IMG/VR virus record: IMGVR_UViG_3300028903_000001
Coordinates: 1-64,000 of that record
Reading direction: 5' to 3' (one strand)
DNA: 64,000 bases
DNA from: a virus
Lineage: Duplodnaviria > Caudoviricetes
The notes below the pieces were generated by a model. It saw only the letters and a list, made by a program, of their open reading frames with translations. It did not search any database and had not been told where the DNA came from. This document shows positions 9,523-18,478 of the stretch, piece by piece (within the stretch, counting starts at the first letter, position 1; each line of letters opens with the position of its first letter). A program made the position numbers and the translations under genes.

Positions 9523-10319
9523 TTCTCACCTCCCATACGCCTGCTGACACTGCGCGCAACGGCGCAGCAGATACTATCCGGGGTCGCGTTGCCTCGCCCC
9601 CTGTGCTGCAAAATCCTGCCGTCCGGGGCGACCTCCAGTGTGCTGCGATGCCTGCCGCAGCGGATCGCGACGATCACGCTGTGACCCTGTTCCACTGCGT
9701 GGCTGTATCCGCCGACGCAGTGGCGCATCTCGCGGCCCTCCTCAACTAACTCCGCAGGGGTCACGAGGGCTCGTGCCCTAGCTCCGAGGCGGCACGAGGG
9801 AGGGCTGGCGAGCACTCTGTGGTCTCGGGCCAACTCCTCCAGTCGCGACTCGCCTACCCGCTCTGCGGCTCGCGAGAAGGCGCGCATCACTCCGGTCGCC
9901 ACGCCTCTGTCGAGGTCCACGTCCTGGATCTCGTCGAGCCGGTCCGCGAACCTGACCCGGACCCTGGCACCGTTGGGGCCGAGGAATTCGCGGCTTCGGA
10001 CCAGCGCCTCGTGCTCGGCGGGCGCGGCCAGTACGCGCTCCAGCCAGCGCGCGACCAGCCAGGAGCGCAGCGTCCAGTCGCGGCTCACTCGCAGGCCCCG
10101 GAGCAGGCGCTGGGAGAGCCAGTGCAGAGGCGCGCTCTGCGGCGCGTCGCTGAGCCAGCGGTGCGCCTCGCTGGCGGTTAGGCTCGACGCGGGATCGCTG
10201 CGCCTCGCGATGTCGCGGGGCGAGAGTCCCCGGCGTAGCCACCGAGCCTGGATGATCGAGCAGCCAGGGTACTCGGGAGCGAGCCAGGCAGAGAGGGGGG
10301 CGCGGCGGATCGTGCTCAT
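9519..10319 (-). CDS. PcfJ-like domain protein
   Basis: C-terminal ELVEEGREMRHCVGGY...STLEV...QHRGRGN. Confidence 0.8.
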   Translation of the reverse strand: MSTIRRAPLSAWLAPEYPGCSIIQARWLRRGLSPRDIARRSDPASSLTASEAHRWLSDAPQSAPLHWLSQRLLRGLRVSRDWTLRSWLVARWLERVLAAPAEHEALVRSREFLGPNGARVRVRFADRLDEIQDVDLDRGVATGVMRAFSRAAERVGESRLEELARDHRVLASPPSCRLGARARALVTPAELVEEGREMRHCVGGYSHAVEQGHSVIVAIRCGRHRSTLEVAPDGRILQHRGRGNATPDSICCAVARSVSRRMGGEK

Positions 10320-10633
10320 TTCCTCTCCATAAGCTCGCCCGCCGCCCTGGCGGGCCAGTCCCAAGTCGAGTAGAGCCTACGGGTCGTCCCGTCGGCCATG
10401 TGGGCGAGGTACGCCCGCCCGATCGCCGCCCGCGTCTGTGGGTCCTGGGGCGCGGGCTCGGTGGAGATGACCTCCACCCAAGCCTCCGCTCCCTCGGCGC
10501 GCATGTGAGGGGAAACGCAATCCTCCCACAGTCCGACGTAGCAGCGCGGGAATGCCGCCTCTGCCGATTCGCGAGAGGTGAAGTATCGGCGGCTCCCCAT
10601 CACCTCGACCACGACCCACGTACTCGTACTCAT
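10316..10633 (-). CDS. Hypothetical protein
   Basis: 105 aa, GGAGG RBS, ATGA overlaps. Confidence 0.6.
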   Translation of the reverse strand: MSTSTWVVVEVMGSRRYFTSRESAEAAFPRCYVGLWEDCVSPHMRAEGAEAWVEVISTEPAPQDPQTRAAIGRAYLAHMADGTTRRLYSTWDWPARAAGELMERK

Positions 10634-11451
10634 GACGCCACCTCCTCGACCCGGCTGATCTGCCGGGCATAGACCGTCTTGGCCCCTCTGACGCTCTGGG
10701 CATGGACCCAGGGCAGCCAGGCGCTACCCGCGCCTCGAGACCGGCGGCGGTAGATCACGCCGCGAGCCGTGGCGAGGCTGAGCCCTCGAGACTGCTCGAC
10801 CCAGACCGACTCGTAGACCTCCTCAGTCTCCGTGATCGAGACGGGGACCGCCGACAGGGTCAGACGGTCTTCGATCACGTCGAGTCCACGGTCATAGACC
10901 GTCGCCTCCCAGTCCTGGGGGACCGTAAGGGTCACCTCCAGGTTCGTCCCCTTCCAGGTATGCTTCTTGTGCCAGACCGTGTAGGTCGTGGACGAGACGC
11001 CGGGCTCGCCGGTCCCGACCCGGATCGTGTTCTCGCCGCCGACCCAGGCCGAGGAGGCTCGGCGGTACTCTGCCCGCCGGTAGGCTCCCGCGACGAGGTT
11101 TGCTAGCGCCTGGCGCATCTGCCGGGCTCTCTCTGCCCGGCGCTCGGCCTGGCGAGCTAGAACCCATCCTGGCTCGCGAGCGGCGAGCGGATCGGCGGGA
11201 GCCTTCGCCAGCGCCTGGCGAGCCAGGCGCGTCCTGGCGATGGCGACGATGGTCTTGGCCTCGTCGCTGACGCCGAGGCGGGCAAGGGCGCAGCTACGGA
11301 CCTCGGAGGCGAGGTCAGCGGCAAAGTCCGTCGCCATGTGGCATGCGAGGCGAGGTGTGCGATCAACGACGGACGCCACCGCATCGTCGAGGACGTGGGC
11401 GGCTTCCTTCTTGGCAGTGGGTGTGAGGCGAGGCTTGATCGAGGGGTTCAT
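10630..11451 (-). CDS. Hypothetical protein, first gene of the early operon
   Basis: Start MNPSIKP with GGAGG at 11456-11460. Confidence 0.65.
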   Translation of the reverse strand: MNPSIKPRLTPTAKKEAAHVLDDAVASVVDRTPRLACHMATDFAADLASEVRSCALARLGVSDEAKTIVAIARTRLARQALAKAPADPLAAREPGWVLARQAERRAERARQMRQALANLVAGAYRRAEYRRASSAWVGGENTIRVGTGEPGVSSTTYTVWHKKHTWKGTNLEVTLTVPQDWEATVYDRGLDVIEDRLTLSAVPVSITETEEVYESVWVEQSRGLSLATARGVIYRRRSRGAGSAWLPWVHAQSVRGAKTVYARQISRVEEVAS

Positions 11452-11502
11452 TGGTCCTCCGGTGCCGCTGGTTGGTTGGTGCGGACACCTACCCGGTGCC
11501 AC

Positions 11503-11519
11503 TGCACGAGCGGTGCCAG
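11503..11519 (-). promoter_or_regulatory. Candidate sigma54 (-24/-12) promoter
   Basis: Minus strand CTGGCAC-CGCTC-GTGCA with exact GG-N10-GC spacing; predicted TSS near 11492, about 40 nt before the ATG at 11451. Confidence 0.55.
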
Positions 11520-11556
11520 GTGTGGCACGAGACACCTGGACACAAGAGCGAAGTGA

Positions 11557-11826
11557 TTACACGGACTTAGCTTCGTTGCCAGGCGAACGACCGGACAGGT
11601 GTCCGCCGGACAAGTGTCCGTGGGCCGGACAAGTGTCCGCCGTCCCCACTGTAACAGCCCCAACACGCACAGCTACACGGTACAGCGTTCTGCGTGATAC
11701 ACCCAGCATCCTTGCGGCTAGGTCTACGCTTCCCGCCACATCTATCGCTGATTCGATACGCTTCCTTGCCTCGTCGGGGCGGATGAGGGCCAGCGCTGCG
11801 AGTTCGGTCGGCATTCTCACCTCCAT
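11557..11826 (-). CDS. Stand-alone Fis-type (HTH_8) DNA-binding protein
   Basis: AIDVAGSVDLAARMLGVSRRTLYR. Confidence 0.75.
   Translation of the reverse strand: MEVRMPTELAALALIRPDEARKRIESAIDVAGSVDLAARMLGVSRRTLYRVAVRVGAVTVGTADTCPAHGHLSGGHLSGRSPGNEAKSV
11591..11639. promoter_or_regulatory. Three palindromic 15-bp repeats CCGGACA(A/G)GTGTCCG (operator/UAS array)
   Basis: Copies at 11591-11605, 11606-11620 and 11625-11639; core CGGACA-N2-TGTCCG is a palindrome. Confidence 0.75.
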
Positions 11827-11855
11827 GGCATGGTCAATGCCTACACACGCTTACC

Positions 11856-12374
11856 ATGACAGTCTACTTCCTGCAATCATTATACACAAATCTAATCAAG
11901 ATAGGTGAAACAACCAACCTTCGAACTAGAATTTATACTCTAATAGGTGAGTTTCAAGAACCGATGTATCTACTCGGTATAGCTGATACGTCGGAGTCTG
12001 CTATGCATAACGCATTCGCTGACATGTGGGTATGGAACGAATTCTTCTTTCCATCTCCAGATCTGATCATGGCAGCTACTCAGAAAAAAGTAGATTTACA
12101 CCTTCCCATAAAGGCATTTGTCAGGAAGCCAAAGCTACTGTGCAGGTGGGACACGTATTCATATGGCGTAAGGCGAGTCCTGGCTAGAGATATTGAATGG
12201 AGAAAGGACCTTGTCGGCAGACGCCCAGTGCCGCATGACCCCTATCCAATACCTTACCCGGTGACATATGGGATGACGATTCCGTCAGACTCAGATGCGG
12301 CAAAATACTTCAAGTTGAAAAGCAAACTGCTTGAGCAGTTACTTTGGAATCGTACCATGTATGACGACAAATAG
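11856..12374 (+). CDS. T5orf172/GIY-YIG-like domain protein
   Basis: VYFLQ...LIKIGETTNLRTRI...ESAMH..F; visibly AT-richer and on the opposite strand. Confidence 0.7.
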   Translation: MTVYFLQSLYTNLIKIGETTNLRTRIYTLIGEFQEPMYLLGIADTSESAMHNAFADMWVWNEFFFPSPDLIMAATQKKVDLHLPIKAFVRKPKLLCRWDTYSYGVRRVLARDIEWRKDLVGRRPVPHDPYPIPYPVTYGMTIPSDSDAAKYFKLKSKLLEQLLWNRTMYDDK

Positions 12375-12466
12375 GCTACTACGACGCAGCTTCGATGACC
12401 TCGTCCATATTCCAGTTGCGGAGCAGGTACGCGGCAGCGTGGACACTAAGACGACAAATAGCCGGG

Positions 12467-14389
12467 TCACGCACGTAGTATTTTCGAAGCGAGCGAGGTT
12501 GCCGCGTTCCGCATATGACGCGCCCAGTCCCGGCCTTCAGGGAAAGCGTTCACGCCCGTTTTCCTTCGCAGGTACTCGTACTCGTCATCGAGTTGGTTCG
12601 CCCTGTCCGTGAGCATAGTGAAAGCGAGGTCCCTATCGAAAACCTCAAGCGTCTTGCCCCGCATCACCCCTGGGAAAAGATGATCGCCCATCAACCTCGT
12701 CTCCTCAACCCATACGGGATCGAAGAAGTAGGTCTCCATTAGGGAGCATTGCATATCACTCATACGAATCATCAGAGTCTTGGCAGGATTACTCTTCGCC
12801 GCCGCCCGTAGCTCCGAATCGGTGAGAATGCCCATGACCGGATTCCTCTTCGCAGGGGACTCAAGCGCCCAGAAACTCCTCCCATAGGTATCCTGCGACG
12901 TTCCCATGTCTGGTCCCGTCAGCCACCTAAATTTGAGCCCTCTAATTTGGTCGAAGGATTCGCCTCTACCAAGTATCTCCACAGCTTCTAGCTTCCCAGA
13001 TTCTGATGATGTTGTAAATAGAATTTCGCCACTGCTAGGCTGCGGAATGTGACACCATCCATCACCCCCGGCATAGGGTTGGACCTCTTTCGGGATTTTG
13101 GGTATCTTTTTAGCTCTTCGCATGACCGGATTCCTTGACGGCTGCGGGGTCCATTCGTCCATCTTGAGATAATAGCCCTCGGCCAGCCCTTGCGCACGCC
13201 ACTTCTCCCACATCTTCGCGGCTGCCTGGGAGGTAATCCAGCCTTGCTTGAGCCTACCCCCACGCTGACGGAGCCACTTCACAGCCTCACGATAGAGGTC
13301 CGTTGCAATCCCCATCCGTTGCAGCTTGGGGGCCACTGCTACCTGACCCACCCAGAATACACCGGGTTCTTCTGGTTCTGGATGTAAATCTAACCTACCT
13401 ATGCTGTCGTCCCCCGGATTCTTTTTACGTAATTTCGGGGAGACCTTTGGACCGAAGCGTGCCACGAACGAAAGCTCTGGTACTTTCGTAGTACCTCCAC
13501 CCTCCTGCCAAACGCCCCCAGCGATTTCGATGCCGTCTTCCCTAGTGAATAGGGTAAGCTTCTTGGCTGTTGGCACATAGGGGGGCAAGGGGTCCGGGGG
13601 CTCAAGCGTAAATCGAGCATTCCTTCCCTTGGAGACCGGATTCCCCTTCGCAGGTTTGGGAAGCTTCCCCTCGGCCCTGAGTCGGCTGATCACCGAGTCG
13701 ATACTGATCTCGCACTTGCTCTGTAGCCACTCACGGTCAATCTCGTCGTCCAGGTCCCCACCCTTGGAAGCAAATTTGATCACCGCATCTACGCCGCTTT
13801 GCCACGCCTGCGGGTCATTTACGATCTGCTCCTGCTCAAGAGCCCAGGCAAGCACTGCGTGCCAGAACCTCTTCTTGTGCGAGGGTTGCGATATCTCACG
13901 CTTAGTTAGTGTTGGAGCCTTCCTGTCACCAATGAACAGTTTGCTATTAGCTATGCTCTGCACGGCTCTAGCGGCTCTCTGTTCGCGTGTATAGCCGCGC
14001 CCAAGATTTGGCAACTTGCCACTGGCAAGCCTCTCCTCGTATACCTCTTTTGCCCACTGTCTACCCGCAGCGTCGCTATCCATGACAGGGTTGTCCCTTC
14101 GCAGCCTCGACGGCTGCGGGCTGTAGGCCCACATGATCAATGCGAGGTGCCTTCGCGTCGGGCGACCATTGGAGTCGAACCAGGGCTCGTTAGATGCCTG
14201 CACCATATGCCTGGCAATGAAACCTTCCCGCTTTGCCCTCCACTCAGGCGATAGGGCTCGAGCCGATCCGGCGGCTTCGTAGGCGCGCAGAAAACCGCGA
14301 TTGCTCCGAGCCACTTCGGACACGCCGCGCCGCGCCGCCTCGCTTTCCCATGCGAGGACCTTGTCCAGGCTAAGATAGCTATGTGTCAT
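12467..14389 (-). CDS. Modular NP-linker protein including a GNAT acetyltransferase domain
   Basis: Six xxNP linkers; GNAT motif A VAVAPKLQRMGIATDLY...AAAKMWEK. Confidence 0.75.
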   Translation of the reverse strand: MTHSYLSLDKVLAWESEAARRGVSEVARSNRGFLRAYEAAGSARALSPEWRAKREGFIARHMVQASNEPWFDSNGRPTRRHLALIMWAYSPQPSRLRRDNPVMDSDAAGRQWAKEVYEERLASGKLPNLGRGYTREQRAARAVQSIANSKLFIGDRKAPTLTKREISQPSHKKRFWHAVLAWALEQEQIVNDPQAWQSGVDAVIKFASKGGDLDDEIDREWLQSKCEISIDSVISRLRAEGKLPKPAKGNPVSKGRNARFTLEPPDPLPPYVPTAKKLTLFTREDGIEIAGGVWQEGGGTTKVPELSFVARFGPKVSPKLRKKNPGDDSIGRLDLHPEPEEPGVFWVGQVAVAPKLQRMGIATDLYREAVKWLRQRGGRLKQGWITSQAAAKMWEKWRAQGLAEGYYLKMDEWTPQPSRNPVMRRAKKIPKIPKEVQPYAGGDGWCHIPQPSSGEILFTTSSESGKLEAVEILGRGESFDQIRGLKFRWLTGPDMGTSQDTYGRSFWALESPAKRNPVMGILTDSELRAAAKSNPAKTLMIRMSDMQCSLMETYFFDPVWVEETRLMGDHLFPGVMRGKTLEVFDRDLAFTMLTDRANQLDDEYEYLRRKTGVNAFPEGRDWARHMRNAATSLASKILRA

Positions 14390-15135
14390 CTCTTCCTCAA
14401 CGCGAGATACGCTATGAGTCCAGCTATAGCAGCGGTCCCGATGATCGGCAATGCGATATTGACTGGCTCAATGCCGGGTTGTACCGGCTGGACCGGAGGC
14501 TTTTCTGGCTCGATGGGAGGCTTGGGGGCAGGGGCTCGAGCCGCGTCCCACCATCGCAGCATCGCGGCTCTCGTCGCTGGTACCTGCTCGTGGTGCCCCA
14601 GGTCGAGATAGCCAGAGATGAGGTAACCGGGCTCGCCCCAGCACTCGTCGGGCTCGGGAAGGCCCCACTCCGTGGCAGAGGAGGGATCGACTTGAGGCGA
14701 GCCTAGCCTTCCCATCGCTTCCCGCCACCGATCCAGACTGTGATCGTATTGCCCCGGAGTCGAGGTGGAGGCAGTGGCGATAAGCGAGGTCTCACCCAGC
14801 CTCGACGCTGTGACGAGCCTATCGGCAAATGTGTTGCTGCCGTAGAGCCCGTCAATGCACATCCAGGCAGCGGCGTCCGAGGGACTCGAGGTGGACAGGA
14901 TAGCTCGCACCGCGCCGTGACCGGCAGAGAACCAAGCCACGCCAATAGGCTCGGTGCCACCGACCCGGTCCCGGAGCGATTTGCCTCCGAGCCAGGCCGA
15001 TGCGGCAGCTTGCATCGCGTCGCTGCCGATGTCCGAGCCCTTGGGATGAATGTGGATTACATCGTAGTCAGCGTCCTTGGGAACGCCGAGTTGATAGGCA
15101 TTCATAGGCCCGGTGACGATGAGGGTGCCAGGCAT
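14386..15135 (-). CDS. Alpha/beta-hydrolase-like protein with C-terminal TM anchor
   Basis: GVAWFSAGHG nucleophile-elbow-like, IDGLY, GHHEQ; Pro linker, TM and RKR tail. Confidence 0.55.
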   Translation of the reverse strand: MPGTLIVTGPMNAYQLGVPKDADYDVIHIHPKGSDIGSDAMQAAASAWLGGKSLRDRVGGTEPIGVAWFSAGHGAVRAILSTSSPSDAAAWMCIDGLYGSNTFADRLVTASRLGETSLIATASTSTPGQYDHSLDRWREAMGRLGSPQVDPSSATEWGLPEPDECWGEPGYLISGYLDLGHHEQVPATRAAMLRWWDAARAPAPKPPIEPEKPPVQPVQPGIEPVNIALPIIGTAAIAGLIAYLALRKR

Positions 15136-15137
15136 GT

Positions 15138-18100
15138 CTAGTAGTGACAGCGTGACGAGGGATCGTTCCAGTCACCCCTGCTCTGGTATCCTGGGCTCAA
15201 GACCCAGGAGCCGAAACCGGAGCGGTAGCCACCGACCTTGACACTTTTGCCAGCGGTGCGGTTCCAGAGCTTATGTGCCTTCTCGTCGGGAAGCTCAAGT
15301 GTCCAGTCACTACCCTTGCCGCTGAGTTGGCCAGGAATCTTGTATTGAGCCAAGAGCTTCTTGACTTGAGACTTGGTGACTGTTGTCGGGTTGTCGCAGA
15401 CCTTGTAGCCGGTAGAGAACCACATAACGCTTCCATCTGGCCGACGAACGCCACCTTTCCAGGACAGAGACCCGCCGGTAGGCTGCTTCTGCTTCTTGGC
15501 ATAGCGAAGCGCCGCTTTTTTGGCCGCAGCCTCGGTAATATGCGATGACCAAGGCACGAACCCTTTCCCCTGTTCCCATACGCCAGCTTCGAATCGACCC
15601 TTAGCCGGGTTGTCGCAGACCTTGCAGCCAGTCTCATACCTGTTTCGGAACCCGATCCACTTCTTGCGTTCACTCTCCGAGATCTGAGATGGTGACGCAG
15701 CCTCGACAGCGTCGAGCGTCATACGGATGTGACCGGCGAGGCTCTCGCCACCAAGCTCGTCACCCGTAGCATAGGTCCCCGTGTAGGTCTCCGCATCGGC
15801 GTAGGACACGGTGAATTTCACCTTCTCCTGAGCCGGTGGCTCGGCCCAAAGCGAGAGTTGCCTATCAGCCTTTGCCCAGACATTGCCGCCTTCAAGCGTA
15901 ACGCTCTTGCCCACGTCTTTCGAGCCGCTGAGCTTGGTCAAGGTGATGGATCGAGCCTTCACCTTGCCACCGCTCTTGACTGTCTTTGCCTCGGCATCGA
16001 GAGACGCAAGCGCATCTCTTACCCCAGTCTTCACAGCCTCAGACTCGGCACACTTTGCCTGAATACTCTTTGGGATATCCCACGGTCCCAGAACAACATT
16101 GACATACGCCCTGAACTCTTCGCCGGTTGGTCGTCGGCCCAGGTGCTTTGTGACCATCTCAAAAAGCTCAGGTACATTATGAGCCTTGAACAAGTCTTGT
16201 CGACTCACCTTCTTCTTGGTCGGGTTCTTCTTTGCCTTCGCCCCGAGCCCAAACCGCTCGACGCTAGCCTTGTCACTGGCCGGGAACGCAATGTTCATCC
16301 CCGACTCGTAGCGAGGCAGTTGGAATTGCTCCCAGCACTCCTTGTCTTTCACCTCGACGAGGCGGAAGCCGTTGACGACTTTGCCCGTATCCTTCACATA
16401 CCAGTAGTCGTAAGCGGCGGGAGCATTGGTCCAGGCGAGGAACTTAACACTCTTCTCGTCGGGGCCCATGGTCTTAATTCGCTTTTTAGCAGCCGACGCT
16501 ACAACCTTATCTTTACTTCTAGCCAGTACCGAATTGATATAGCCCATACACAAAATTCGTGGCGACTTGAGTTTACCTACCGAAGCTGGATTCTCGTCGG
16601 GGCCCATGTACTCGTCGATGTATTCCTTCGCCTGCTTCAGCGTACCAACCACCTTCCCATTGGGCATGTGTTCGGGGTGTTTGGCTATCCATCCAGACGT
16701 CTTTCTTCCCTTACCGAACTTTGGCATACTACGACCGTAGGTTTGGTAGCCAACCTGCATCCCGGAGAACTGTTCTATTGTCCAGCCTCTGTACTGCACC
16801 GTCTTTTCGGTCGGATTACTCTTCCGTCCCGCCGCCATGGCGCGCCGAGTCCCGACGAGGTATTCTAGACTCTTCTCAATCGTTACAAGCTCTTTGTGGC
16901 CCTTCCTGTCATGTCTCGACGTCGAGCTTGTCTTGAGACTGCGAATACGACCGAGCGCATCGGCGAGAGTCTCGGTGGGCACGGTCTTACCCGCGAAGAG
17001 GCTTGAGCCTACCGCGTAGATCGGGTCGCCTTGACCATAGTGCCAGTTCTGGAGCATGAGCCCTAGCTGTTTCGGGTCGATATAGTCGGGCCTGTCGTGG
17101 TGAGCCATGGACTTGTGGCTCCACGGCACCTTGACGGCTTCGCCCGACTCGATCTGGCGCTTCGCCTCGGCATCGCTGATCGGCACCCATTGCTTGTCGA
17201 GAAGGACATGCCACTGCTTGCCTTTCTGCGAGAGATGGACTTGATCCTGGCTCGGATTGCTGCGAGGCTTTGCTCGACCAAATGTCCCTCGCAGGCGCAA
17301 CTTCTTATCGATCAACTTGAGTTGAGCCGTGGTCAGCGGCTTACCGTCGCTGCGCTCGATAAAGAGACTGTACGATGTCCTGTCTCCAGTCGTGTAGTCC
17401 TGCTCCGACTCGGAAATAATCCAGTCGCGGCTAGAGGGGTGGCTACTGCTCCACTCAAGCCACGTCGCATCGTGGCTAACAGAGTCGAGAAGCGACTCGA
17501 GCGTATCGTAGCTCTCCGACTCCTCGACCTTCCAGCCCCTATCGTCGGTCTCGCCAGCCTCAAGAGCCTCCTCGTCCCAGGTCTCGTAAGCCATGCGGTA
17601 GATATAGCCACCGGCTCGAGGCACGGGGTTGGAGGCGATTCTCTTGTACAGCGTCGGGTTCTTCTTGGCCTTACCTCGCTTCGGCCCAAAGTTACCCGTC
17701 ATCACATCGGTGTAGTCTTGCTGGTTCTTGCGATGAGCCTTAATGGCATAGTCGATACAGCGACGGGTCAGCTTCGCGTCGAAACCGGCCTTCTTGCAGC
17801 GCTTCTCAATGTTGGCACGCACCTCTTCATCCGGCGTGCCGACATGGACTCGACCCATGAGCCAGTCGATTTCGAACTTGAGACCGTCCCACCTAGTTCG
17901 AGCCTGGGTCTTGGCAGGGTTTTCCTTCCAGCCCTTGACGATCCCGGACCATGCCTCTTTCGCGACGCCCGCCGCTTTGCGACCCACGCGCTTTCCGCCC
18001 TGCTTGAGCTTCTCACCCGTGTAGACCGCAGCCCGCTTGGTGAGTTCGGCTCCCTTCGCGGCCCCCGCCTTGGCGGCTTTCTTCGCCACCTCCGCACCCT

Positions 18101-18431
18101 TCTTTGTGCCAGCCTTTGCGGCGCGACTCGTCGCGGCCCCGGCACGCTTCGCTGCGCTCTTCGCCTTCTCCTTTGCCGACCCTGCCGCCGCCTTGGCGGC
18201 TTTCTTGGCCCTAAACTTCAGCGAGGGCGTAGGCAGATCGGAGGGGTTTTTCTTAGCCTTTAGCTTCGAAGCTTTCTTCGCCTTCGGCTTGGTGGCGAGT
18301 TTGGCAGATTTGCCTGCCCGACTCGTGCGAGTAGCCTTAGTAGGCTTCGACGCTTTCCTCGACTTGGGAGCGGTCTTGGTCGGATTGCGCTTCGGCGTCT
18401 TGCAGGCGAGAACTGTGGTCTTGGTAGCCAT
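15138..18431 (-). CDS. Large modular NP-linker protein (about 1097 aa) with histone H1-like N-terminus
   Basis: Start MATKTT (the upstream extension overlaps another gene); K/A-rich first 180 aa; 11 xxNP linkers. Confidence 0.8.
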   Translation of the reverse strand: MATKTTVLACKTPKRNPTKTAPKSRKASKPTKATRTSRAGKSAKLATKPKAKKASKLKAKKNPSDLPTPSLKFRAKKAAKAAAGSAKEKAKSAAKRAGAATSRAAKAGTKKGAEVAKKAAKAGAAKGAELTKRAAVYTGEKLKQGGKRVGRKAAGVAKEAWSGIVKGWKENPAKTQARTRWDGLKFEIDWLMGRVHVGTPDEEVRANIEKRCKKAGFDAKLTRRCIDYAIKAHRKNQQDYTDVMTGNFGPKRGKAKKNPTLYKRIASNPVPRAGGYIYRMAYETWDEEALEAGETDDRGWKVEESESYDTLESLLDSVSHDATWLEWSSSHPSSRDWIISESEQDYTTGDRTSYSLFIERSDGKPLTTAQLKLIDKKLRLRGTFGRAKPRSNPSQDQVHLSQKGKQWHVLLDKQWVPISDAEAKRQIESGEAVKVPWSHKSMAHHDRPDYIDPKQLGLMLQNWHYGQGDPIYAVGSSLFAGKTVPTETLADALGRIRSLKTSSTSRHDRKGHKELVTIEKSLEYLVGTRRAMAAGRKSNPTEKTVQYRGWTIEQFSGMQVGYQTYGRSMPKFGKGRKTSGWIAKHPEHMPNGKVVGTLKQAKEYIDEYMGPDENPASVGKLKSPRILCMGYINSVLARSKDKVVASAAKKRIKTMGPDEKSVKFLAWTNAPAAYDYWYVKDTGKVVNGFRLVEVKDKECWEQFQLPRYESGMNIAFPASDKASVERFGLGAKAKKNPTKKKVSRQDLFKAHNVPELFEMVTKHLGRRPTGEEFRAYVNVVLGPWDIPKSIQAKCAESEAVKTGVRDALASLDAEAKTVKSGGKVKARSITLTKLSGSKDVGKSVTLEGGNVWAKADRQLSLWAEPPAQEKVKFTVSYADAETYTGTYATGDELGGESLAGHIRMTLDAVEAASPSQISESERKKWIGFRNRYETGCKVCDNPAKGRFEAGVWEQGKGFVPWSSHITEAAAKKAALRYAKKQKQPTGGSLSWKGGVRRPDGSVMWFSTGYKVCDNPTTVTKSQVKKLLAQYKIPGQLSGKGSDWTLELPDEKAHKLWNRTAGKSVKVGGYRSGFGSWVLSPGYQSRGDWNDPSSRCHY

Positions 18432-18478
18432 GCCGAGACGATACGCTAGCACCATGGCTCTCGCAACATTGCCTGCGT

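Noticed and set aside
11591-11639. CRISPR mini-array
   Set aside because: 15-bp units with 0- and 4-bp gaps, no spacers and no cas genes
15729-18263. Long plus-strand ORFs (379 and 388 aa)
   Set aside because: Antisense to the NP polyprotein; typical high-GC shadow frames
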